From positions 1-62,573 of IMG/VR virus record IMGVR_UViG_3300048576_000485: a stretch of DNA of 62,573 nt. The stretch is one strand, 5' to 3'. This document shows, in pieces, positions 39,221 through 48,400 of the stretch (its first letter is position 1; the number at the start of each line of letters is the position of its first letter). Made by a program: the position numbers and the translations under genes. This DNA comes from a virus (lineage: Duplodnaviria > Caudoviricetes). The notes beneath the pieces were generated by a model. It saw nothing but the letters and a program-made list of their open reading frames with translations, did no database searches and had not been told where the DNA came from.

Positions 39221-39550
39221 ATGGGATATTTTGTCAAGCCCTTTCAGGATAAATTTAACAAATCATATTCAACTTCTAAATTACCAAAAGGTTATGTATC
39301 TGTATTTGGCAAGCAAATAAGCCTATTCAGGAATAAGGGAAAGAAAACCACGAAATATACAGAGCCGTTTGGGAACCCAGAGAAATATGCAAAGCCTCCA
39401 AATCCTGCAACCCCGGTACAAGGCAATGAGCAGCTTGATTTATTTAAGGCGGAAAAGAATAAATTAAAAACAAACCCTTTCCCAGGGCCCAGGAAAAAGA
39501 AGAAATTAAGAAGGTTTCTAATTAAAAGAGCGAAAAGGATAAATGTATAG
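39221..39550 (+). CDS. small very basic protein with FGK tag and QLDLF
   Basis: VSVFGKQISLFR, EQLDLFKA. Confidence 0.6.
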   Translation: MGYFVKPFQDKFNKSYSTSKLPKGYVSVFGKQISLFRNKGKKTTKYTEPFGNPEKYAKPPNPATPVQGNEQLDLFKAEKNKLKTNPFPGPRKKKKLRRFLIKRAKRINV

Positions 39551-40478
39551 AGTAACGTATGATATTGATTTTTCCCCTCTTTTAGATTTTCTTCAGGCGC
39601 TTGAGTATCAACTTTCAACAAAGGCAGGCGAAACTAATACGGCGCAAGCTATCAAGAACGCAGGTGATTATCTTGCGCAAGAATGGATTCTAACCGCTTC
39701 CACAAAATTTAAACACACAAGCGGGGCATATGCGAAGGGGGTACTTGACGGCAGACAATATCCATATCAGGGTGATTATTTAAGGCATGATATTATTCAC
39801 CCGGATAAATCGGCTTATTGGTTCGAAAATGGTTATGAAAGTTTTGACATGAAAAAAGCACTTGAAACCAGCCCGAAAGTCAGGGTTAATAAGAAAGGGC
39901 AAAGATATTTAGTAATTCCTTTTGAGCATAATATGCCGGGGCAGGGCAAAAACCCTATGCCGAAAGATGTTTACAAGGAAGCAAAAAATATGAAGGGAAG
40001 CTTTATAACTGGAACTTATCAAGAAGGCATTCGGCAGATTTATGAGCCGAAAACCAAGAACGGTAAGGCTGTTATGGTGGGGCGGAAAATATCTTTTGAT
40101 GAAGCTGAAATATTAAAAGAAAACAATCCAGAGAAAGTAAAGAGGTATGCTTACAGTTATGGCGATAAGCTGACAAGCGATAATCCGAAATACAATAATA
40201 TGTACCGGTTTGAAAATAATGTTAATATTGCCAGGAATGAGTTTAATCCCACAATGGGCAAGTTTATTAATAAAACAAACAACCAAATGCAGAACTCCAC
40301 CTATTTAACATTTCGTGTAATGAAAGAAGATTCCGAAGGCTGGTGGCATCCGGGGTTAGACCCGATGAACATATTAAAAGAAACAGTTGACAGGGCGCAA
40401 GAAAACGCAGTAAAAATTATTGCGGAAGGGGTTAAGCAGGATATTGAACAATTCTTTAACAATCAATTAAAATACTGA
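39543..40478 (+). CDS. neck/tail-completion protein
   Basis: FDMK..L, YLVIPF, YLTFRVM..SEGWWHPG. Confidence 0.65.
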   Translation: MYRVTYDIDFSPLLDFLQALEYQLSTKAGETNTAQAIKNAGDYLAQEWILTASTKFKHTSGAYAKGVLDGRQYPYQGDYLRHDIIHPDKSAYWFENGYESFDMKKALETSPKVRVNKKGQRYLVIPFEHNMPGQGKNPMPKDVYKEAKNMKGSFITGTYQEGIRQIYEPKTKNGKAVMVGRKISFDEAEILKENNPEKVKRYAYSYGDKLTSDNPKYNNMYRFENNVNIARNEFNPTMGKFINKTNNQMQNSTYLTFRVMKEDSEGWWHPGLDPMNILKETVDRAQENAVKIIAEGVKQDIEQFFNNQLKY

Positions 40479-40518
40479 AAAAAAATAGACAATCTTTTTA
40501 TCAGTTACCCCTTATTTT
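40475..40518 (+). promoter_or_regulatory. putative late promoter 4
   Basis: same 18-bp box; TATTTT 21 bp after TAGACA; heads the tail operon. Confidence 0.75.
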
Positions 40519-40546
40519 TAAGTCAATATTAAGGAAATAAGGTTTA

Positions 40547-41416
40547 ATGGATTCTCTCTTAAATTTCTATTCTTACCCTCCGGCATTTGGCAGTGAAATT
40601 TCCCTACATTGGAATTTACCGGCTGCTTTACCGGCCGATTACAGTATTTATTTATTCAAGAAAAAAGCCGGGGTAATTACAGATGATGAGATAAATTCCT
40701 TCTTTGCTACTAATGTACTAAACAACGCGGAAGTAATTCAATTAAAACCTGGCACGATTGGCTTTTATGATTCCGAGGTTGTAAATGATTGTAAATATTA
40801 CTATAAAGCCATTATTAGGGATCCAGAAACAGGGGAAATAAGTCCGTCTGTTTTTGCGGAGAATACAGCACACCCTCAGTTAACTGTTAATATAAAAGAT
40901 GGTAAAAATATTGTAACCAAAGCAATAAAGTTGTTGCTAACCAGCGTTTATAATGCAGAAGGGGAAAATATCAAACTCGATAAAGATGTTAAAGTAATAA
41001 AGAACTTTTCCCTGGATTCCTTAACCGAAAATATAATTTTTGTTGAAAGAGTTAACGGTAGTAATTATGCGCAATTTTTGGGTAATGTGTATGCACAGTA
41101 TCAATCAGAAGTCACTTTGGGCAGTATAGATGTAGATGTGGTAAGAATGACATTTTTAACAGAGGGCAGTCCTGATAGAAGGGATACTATGTTGAACATT
41201 TTCAGGGCATACAAGTTCTTCTTAACCAGGGCGATTAAGAAAATGGGCGCACTTACTTGTGAAATAACCATTGAGGGGGATTATTATAATCCGGCAGTAC
41301 ATGGTAGCGCCGCTACAGGCTTTCAAGTTATTTTCAGTATGTTGATGTCAAATAAACTAACATACAATTTAGAAGAGTTAAATGTAATTTTAGGGAATAT
41401 TCAAGTAATAAAATAA
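40547..41416 (+). CDS. putative tail terminator/completion protein with FN3-like N-terminus
   Basis: LHW..YSIY..FYD..YYY; position before sheath. Confidence 0.5.
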   Translation: MDSLLNFYSYPPAFGSEISLHWNLPAALPADYSIYLFKKKAGVITDDEINSFFATNVLNNAEVIQLKPGTIGFYDSEVVNDCKYYYKAIIRDPETGEISPSVFAENTAHPQLTVNIKDGKNIVTKAIKLLLTSVYNAEGENIKLDKDVKVIKNFSLDSLTENIIFVERVNGSNYAQFLGNVYAQYQSEVTLGSIDVDVVRMTFLTEGSPDRRDTMLNIFRAYKFFLTRAIKKMGALTCEITIEGDYYNPAVHGSAATGFQVIFSMLMSNKLTYNLEELNVILGNIQVIK

Positions 41417-41430
41417 AAGGATAATTAATT

Positions 41431-41649
41431 ATGGCAGACGTAAAAGATAAAAACGTGGGGGTCCCCCAATCCACACCACAGCCAGTACCGCTATCAAAGC
41501 CAGCAGAAACGCCAATTACATTGCAGGCGTATTTTGCTTTTAAGAAGTTTGATAAAATCGGGCAAGATACCCGAAGCTTCGTTGCAAAAACTAAAGGTAT
41601 CGAGAACGAATGGAAAACATTCAGCGATTGGGAAGAGGCTCTTAAATGA
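41431..41649 (+). CDS. small pre-sheath protein
   Basis: AAGGA RBS; position. Confidence 0.55.
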   Translation: MADVKDKNVGVPQSTPQPVPLSKPAETPITLQAYFAFKKFDKIGQDTRSFVAKTKGIENEWKTFSDWEEALK

Positions 41650-42176
41650 TAAAAACCGAAGCTGATATTTGCAAGTGGGTACATGAGAAATTAGCACCAT
41701 TTATTAATGATGCCATTAAAGGGACTATCTACAAAGAAGATTGGTTAGGCGCAATGGTAATAAGAGAAACCGGAGGTTTAATTAAAAAACACGTTAATGC
41801 CGGTAAGTCATTTGATGAGATATGTTCATTAATGAGAGGGGACTATTCAAACGGGAAATATCACGGGTTTAGTTTCTTTCAAATTGATATAAGAAGCTTT
41901 CCTGAATTTATAAATTCAGGTTTGTGGATAAACCCGCAGGCCAGTGCCAAAAAAGCAGTTGACGTTTTGGAAGATAAGAGGAAATATCTATTGAAATATA
42001 AAGCTCAATTGGGAAACAATTTTGACAGGGCAATAACCGCAGCGTATAATTCAGGTCAAGGTTCGGTTGCCAGAGCACTTCTCAAGGGGTTTGACGTAGA
42101 TAAATATACGGCGCATGGGAATTATTCAGCGGACGTATTCAGAATTAGGGAAATATATTCAAAAATTAATGAATAA
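41646..42176 (+). CDS. endolysin, goose-type lysozyme / GH23-like
   Basis: IRETG, GFSFFQID, AAYNSG, T.HGNYSADV. Confidence 0.8.
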   Translation: MIKTEADICKWVHEKLAPFINDAIKGTIYKEDWLGAMVIRETGGLIKKHVNAGKSFDEICSLMRGDYSNGKYHGFSFFQIDIRSFPEFINSGLWINPQASAKKAVDVLEDKRKYLLKYKAQLGNNFDRAITAAYNSGQGSVARALLKGFDVDKYTAHGNYSADVFRIREIYSKINE

Positions 42177-42209
42177 AAGCAAATACTAACAAAAACAAAG
42201 GGAAAAGAA

Positions 42210-43913
42210 ATGATTACAATTGACGGAAGAACCTACTCCGTACCGGACGTTTACGGTGCGGTTGAGGTGATTAACCTGGGCAGCGTTGCGCTTCCTTCGT
42301 TCAATACTCTTTTAACTGTAGGTAGCGCAAGAAAGGGTATCCCTTATTCAGCAAGTACCGGAGATCAAGTAATTAAAGCGTTTACCAACAGTGTAGATGC
42401 TATTAATTATTATGGCAAAAGTCCGTTAACAGACGGATTACAGGCAAATAAGGATGGCGGAGCAGGCGTTGTTTATACGTTAAACGTAGCACCTTTAACA
42501 AAAGGTAGTGCGATTATTAAAGATAATGCAACTACTCCTGCCAACACAATGAAACTTGTTCCTAAGCAGTATGGAGCAGGGGAAAATGATATTAGCATCA
42601 CAATTGCAACAGTCAGTAACACAACTACAGTTACAATTGTTCCGGCAAAATTGACAAAATTTTTAAAAGCAAATGCAGCAACATCGAATAAAAATATTTC
42701 GCTTGAAGAGGTATCTGGTTTACAGGTAGGGCAGACGGTTCTCATTAATACAAATGCCGTAGCTTCGCCGCAATCGACCACAATAACGGCCATTGACCCG
42801 GTTAACAACATCGTTTCGCTTGCAGATGCCCCAGCCGCAGCTTATGCAACTTCCGATTATGCAAGAATATTCCAGGAAGATTTAGATAATCAGGAAGTTT
42901 TCACTTTTGATGCAACAAACGTAATTGATGATGTTATTGCCAAAATCACAACGGGGCAAAATTTCATTGCTACACGTGAGACATATACCGGTGTTGTGCC
43001 AACAACTTTAACAAAAACCTATTTCCAAAATATTTCAGGCGCAACAAAAGGAACCTCCCCGATTGCTACAGAAACAGTTGGTGGTGATTTTGATTTGGCA
43101 GCCGCAGCTCTTCCAAAATTAATTGAAGAGTTTATGGGTGTGACAAAATCCAGAATCAGAATTGTCAACGTTATTTCTTCAACTGCAAGCGTGCACGCAG
43201 CTTATTTAAGCCTTGCAAAAACAATGAGAGCAAACCAATTACCTATTCAGGTAGTTGTTGGTTGCGCTTTAGGTGATATTGCCTTAGCAACATCTGATGC
43301 CGGGAACCCGATTAAAAGGGCAAAAAGCCTTAATAATCAGGATGTTATTTTAGTTGGAATGGGACGCGACGATAAAGCAGCTTACATTTCATTGGCTCCT
43401 TACTTTGCCGGTATGATGTCGGCCAGTTCAGTTAAGAAGAATCTTACATGGGACGCTGTATCAGCGATTAAAGTTGAGAAAATGTTTGGGTTATTTAACA
43501 GAGAAACCGAAACAGCTAATTACGTAAAAGCGGGCGTTGTAGTTATTGGCACAAGCAAAAACGGTTTCTATGTTGTTCAGGCAGTTAATACCTATCAGAA
43601 CAATGCTACAGTATGGAATCAGGCAGATGCAATGACCTACTTAATTCAGCAGAGACAAATTGTGGATTATGTTTATGCAGGTTACAAGGATCAAATGGAA
43701 TCCGGAGTTGGCGCAGACGGATATGGTATAACCGAAGCAAGTGTAGGCGGACAGTCCATTTTACAGAAATATTTGAACGGGGGTTTTATTACTTACGCCG
43801 CAATAAAGAAAGCTTACAGAGAAGGGAATGCAATCATAACAGAACCGGAAATTACTCCGCTTGATGCTACAGACTTTGTAGGATTCATTTTAAGAGTCGT
43901 TGTAAACAGTTAG
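42210..43913 (+). CDS. tail sheath protein
   Basis: 567 aa; P.VYG, GSARKGIP, YG.GEN.I.I, GFYVVQAVNTY; immediately before tube. Confidence 0.85.
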   Translation: MITIDGRTYSVPDVYGAVEVINLGSVALPSFNTLLTVGSARKGIPYSASTGDQVIKAFTNSVDAINYYGKSPLTDGLQANKDGGAGVVYTLNVAPLTKGSAIIKDNATTPANTMKLVPKQYGAGENDISITIATVSNTTTVTIVPAKLTKFLKANAATSNKNISLEEVSGLQVGQTVLINTNAVASPQSTTITAIDPVNNIVSLADAPAAAYATSDYARIFQEDLDNQEVFTFDATNVIDDVIAKITTGQNFIATRETYTGVVPTTLTKTYFQNISGATKGTSPIATETVGGDFDLAAAALPKLIEEFMGVTKSRIRIVNVISSTASVHAAYLSLAKTMRANQLPIQVVVGCALGDIALATSDAGNPIKRAKSLNNQDVILVGMGRDDKAAYISLAPYFAGMMSASSVKKNLTWDAVSAIKVEKMFGLFNRETETANYVKAGVVVIGTSKNGFYVVQAVNTYQNNATVWNQADAMTYLIQQRQIVDYVYAGYKDQMESGVGADGYGITEASVGGQSILQKYLNGGFITYAAIKKAYREGNAIITEPEITPLDATDFVGFILRVVVNS

Positions 43914-43930
43914 CAGAAGCATATAATAAC

Positions 43931-43959
43931 AAAGGGAAGGGGTAAAAGTCCTTCCCTTT
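43931..43959 (+). terminator. hairpin between sheath and tube genes (weak terminator or stabiliser)
   Basis: AAAGGGAAGG-loop-CCTTCCCTTT with poor T tract. Confidence 0.45.
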
Positions 43960-44001
43960 ACCGCTTAGATATTTTAATCAAATAATTTAGGAGATAATCA
44001 A

Positions 44002-44613
44002 ATGTCGTTTGCAGAAAAATTAGAGTTGCCTATAAAGATTAAAGGCATAGAGGATACCGAAAGCTATTATCAGGCTTTACCTGGTTCAGCTTTGTTAATC
44101 AAAGTCTTCGATCAGGATAAAAACATGATAGCCAGGGGTATGGGCGTTTCATGGGCAGAGAACTATCAAATGACCCCGGTAATGGAAGTAGGGCAGAGAT
44201 ATTGCGTTGAGATCGTAAAAGGCGCAATGCCTCCGGGACAAATCAACTTGCAGTCAATGTACTTTATGCAGCTCAATGATACATTGCCAACCTACAAAAA
44301 CCTTGTTTCAAGACGTGAGTTAAGCGCTTTAATTCAGATCGCAGAGCACGAAGACGAAGCATTAAAAGGGGTTGTACTTGATGTATTTGAAGGAATTGTT
44401 ATTCAGGGGCAGCAGGGCAACTTCAATGCGCAGAGCCTTTATTTGAGAAATTCAAATATGCTTTATCGCAAAAGAATGACCGGTATCGAATGGAAGAAGA
44501 AGAACGCAAGTGCTCTTTATCCTGCTACAGCCGGCGATGAAATCAAATTTAACGGCACAGAAAAATACCAGCTAAGTTCAATGCAGGCGAATGAATTAAC
44601 AGTTAATCAATAA
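44002..44613 (+). CDS. tail tube protein
   Basis: position; IAR..GVSW.ENY..TPVMEVG...EIV. Confidence 0.75.
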   Translation: MSFAEKLELPIKIKGIEDTESYYQALPGSALLIKVFDQDKNMIARGMGVSWAENYQMTPVMEVGQRYCVEIVKGAMPPGQINLQSMYFMQLNDTLPTYKNLVSRRELSALIQIAEHEDEALKGVVLDVFEGIVIQGQQGNFNAQSLYLRNSNMLYRKRMTGIEWKKKNASALYPATAGDEIKFNGTEKYQLSSMQANELTVNQ

Positions 44614-44632
44614 AATAAGGTAAAGTAATTAT

Positions 44633-45124
44633 ATGGACTTAATCAAAGTAAAGACCCCGAAAGGACAGGAGTTAGAGTTCAAAGCAGAACCTAACTTTCT
44701 TGAATCGAGGAAAATAAACAGTGAAATGGCTGAAGTGATTGGTGGTTATGATAAATTAGCTAAACTGGATCAAATACTTTCGGAAAAGTACGAAGACAGT
44801 ATATCTTTCAACATAAAGAAATACGGGGAAGCGGCTTATAAAGAAAAAGCGAACCGGTTAAGAGAACTAGATGCTGCCGATACCGAATCTGAAGAAGTTA
44901 TGTCTTTACGGAAAGATTTATACGATAACAAATATTACAATGCTTATTTGAACATGGTAACTGAAAAAGCATTAATTCATAGTTATGCGTGGATGAATGT
45001 TTTGTGTGTAAAAAAACCAGCAGACTTTGAATTTTACGAACAGGATGAATTAACACTGCAATTAATGTGGGGGGAGGTTCATCAGCAGCGCAAATTTTTT
45101 CGCAGACAGTCTAAGGAAGGTTAA
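44633..45124 (+). CDS. tail assembly chaperone (short form)
   Basis: between tube and tape measure; ends KFFRR. Confidence 0.7.
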   Translation: MDLIKVKTPKGQELEFKAEPNFLESRKINSEMAEVIGGYDKLAKLDQILSEKYEDSISFNIKKYGEAAYKEKANRLRELDAADTESEEVMSLRKDLYDNKYYNAYLNMVTEKALIHSYAWMNVLCVKKPADFEFYEQDELTLQLMWGEVHQQRKFFRRQSKEG

Positions 45125-45443
45125 GCAATTAGCCTTCCTTGACACTACCGGTCAGGTATTAAGTGAGGAATTTCTTTCTCTTGCCGAAAATCAGAAATAT
45201 GATGTTCATTTTTGGTGGAGAAAGAAATTTAATTATAGCCGTAACGATCCCAGATATTTAACTGCAACAGATTCACAGATTTATGAAGACTATCTTGATT
45301 ATTCTATTGAGATATTCCGAAAAGAAATAGGTGACGACCCAAATGCTTTAGCTATTACAAGGGGGAGAGCATTAAACCCCAATTACGATAAAGTAGAAAG
45401 CGAGAAATTCAAGAATGAACTTTTAGAGGCACTTAATGAGTGA
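45099..45443 (+). CDS. tail assembly chaperone frameshift extension (not in ORF track)
   Basis: open +1 frame with no ATG: ...FWWRKKFNYSRNDPRYLTATDSQIYEDY...; stop overlaps the tape-measure start. Confidence 0.75.
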   Translation, partial: FADSLRKVKQLAFLDTTGQVLSEEFLSLAENQKYDVHFWWRKKFNYSRNDPRYLTATDSQIYEDYLDYSIEIFRKEIGDDPNALAITRGRALNPNYDKVESEKFKNELLEALNE

Positions 45444-48400
45444 TACAGAACATAAAGTCGGTATATCCGTACAAATGCGGTTAGAGCAATTAATAGGGGA
45501 TAATGATTTAAGGAATAAATTAGGACAAATAACCGCAGATGTTGCCAATCTTGACAAAAGCGTAGGGGCGCAGGTTGCCCCAATTTTGCAGGAGAATATA
45601 AATATCCCTGGGACAGAGCAAACATCAGACAAAGGTGGGGATGCCTTAAACAAAATCAACAAGGCCATGAATGCCCAGCTTAAATTGCTAAGTGAGCAGT
45701 CGCAGTCGCTTGTAAATGATTTTATGAATGATTATGAGGCCTCTGATGGGAATATACCCAACTACACAATTACGTCACTCTCCAAAGCCTCAATCAAGCA
45801 AAGAGAGAAAGCAAAAGAAACATTTGCTTCCGAGATGCATGAAATTGAATATACGGCCACATCTGGATTAACTGATTCCGAAAGGGAAGAAGTCTCCGTG
45901 AGAACAGGAGATGCTATTAATAAAGCATTATCGCTGATTGATGAGAAATATACTTTATTTAATAAAGCTATTCGGAATGTGCAGGAAGAGGATAGCAAAT
46001 TTGACAATTATGTTTCCGGGATCAAGAGAACTGGATTTCTGTCAATGATAGACAGCATGGGTACGGGCGAAGAAAGGAAACAGAATTTCCAGCAAGCTGC
46101 CGAAGAACTGACAAATCTTGAAAAAATCACAGAAAGAACCAATCCATATTTCGATACCGAACAATATATTAAGGAGGGGGTACAATTTTCAGAGAAAGGT
46201 AAAGAGTCGTTATCAAAAGTTCAAAAAGCGATTGAAGCAGAATTAAAAAGCGATAATACAAAATCTGAAAAGCTATTAACTCAATTCCTTATTGATGTTG
46301 AGACAGGCGACGGGCAGGTATCATCTGGGGGCATACAAAATTTTACACAATCCTCAATTAAGCAGCGGGAAAGGGCCAAGCAATCTTTAATTGAAGAAAC
46401 CAATAAGGCAGTAAGCAAGGCTATAGTAGGACTGCCTTCAGATGAACAGGAAGAAATAGCGGAGAGATCGGCAAGGGCACTAAACGAAGCACTTGAACAG
46501 TTGGATGTAAAGTTTAAAAATCTCAATACTACTGTAAAGGATTTTCAGGAACAAGGGGGTAGTCAATTAGAGAGCTTTATTTCTGGAATAAAACAGGCCG
46601 GGTATTGGGCGTTGGCACAACAAGCGGTCAATACTAAAATCAATTGGGAGAGAACAAATGCGCAAATAGAATATGTAAACTCTACTTCCTTCAATCTCAC
46701 AAGCCCCCAAGGTATGTATAACGAGATTGCACAAGCAAATCTGCAATCCGATATAATGAAAAGGGACAGGGATTATTCTCTTTATGGAGGACTAATAGGC
46801 GCCGGGGCGGGAGCATTAGTTGGATCTGTTATTGCTCCCGGAATAGGAACCGGTTGGGGAGCAATGAGGGGGTGGCAGTTAGGTCAATCCGTTGCGACTC
46901 AATTAGCGGGGATTGAAGATGTAAAGGAAAGAGCGGAAGTCGAAAGTAATCTTAAATTTAAAAACCAGACTTACCAAATGGTTCAGAGTTACGTTGATGA
47001 GTATAATCAGATTGATTCTACTGCACGTGAACTTGAGGCGCGGTTTGGGCAAAAAATAAGAGGGACAAGCGGGTTAGGGTATCAGGAACAGGAGGAACAG
47101 AGGCTAAAAGGAGCATTTGGAGACTCATTAGGACGTTTCGATCAGGATTTATATAAAGAGCAATTAACCTTCTCAAAAGGGAACGGGATAAATGCGGCTG
47201 AACTTTTCCAGTTCAACCAAGCCAACAGGCTTACAGGGGCAAATTTAGGAATAGAGGAGTTATACCAGGCAAAACAATTCACGCAACATATTTTCGGTGA
47301 AGATTCCAATGTAAGGATAATTGATATTCTTAATTCCATTAAGGACGTTAACTTGAAACAATTGGAGTTCACGAACAAAGCAGATCAGAGAGAGACGATG
47401 AAGTTTCTTTCTGTTCCTGGTATGTTATTCGGGATAGATAGCCCTTATGGTAGAATGGGTGATTTAGGCGGGCAGGCCCTTAATAATTTAAGCGATCTTA
47501 TCCATCCAAAATCAACTGCACATGAAGCTTTATTATTCCAGGCATTAAGCAAAAATGGTGATATTGCTGAATTCAAAATGAAGATGGATCAGGGGATTTT
47601 TGCCGGAGATAACTTAACCGACATATTGGGTGAACTTCACAAATGGGCGGGTAACGATAAGAACACAGCTTATTTAATGTTAAGCGAATTGATGCCGAAA
47701 ATCAGTTATTCCGAGCGAAATGTGTATGCAGATTTAATTTCAGGGAAAGAAAGAGAAGTTTTAACTGCTGCCTACAGAAAAGATGAAGAAGGGAACTATG
47801 TAAAGCGTACTCCCGAGACAGATGAAAAAGGGAAAGCAATAGAAAGAGACGGGAAAGTCCAGTACAAATATGAAAAAGTAGAAGATAAAAGCGAAGCTTT
47901 AATTAACCCTCTTGAATACGAAAAAACAAAAGATGGTTTATTTAGGGACAAAACCACAGGAGATACTATACACGTTGAAGAGGAAAAGACAAAAGTATCT
48001 ATTGATAATTTAAAAAAAGTAATAGACCAGTCCGTTCAGACTTATGAGAAAATTTTCAAAAGCGAAGAAGAAAGAGAGGAATTCAAAAAGAATTTGATGG
48101 GGATAGCCAAAACTGATGCAGAAAATGCAACAACATCATGGAAGAAGACACAGGAAGACTTACAGGAGATACATAAAAATATAGGGGGGATGTACACAAA
48201 ATTATACGAAGAGACAGCAAGGAAAATGGGGGACGTTGAAAACTATTGGTTAAGCAGCGGAAAGGCATTCGATAATGTAAGCCGGATGTTGAACGAGGGG
48301 GTAGAAGCTGTTATTAATAAGCTTAAAGAATTGGGGATATACAAAGATGAAAGTAGCATAAAAGAAGAATATAAAAATAATTTATATAAAGAGATTTATA

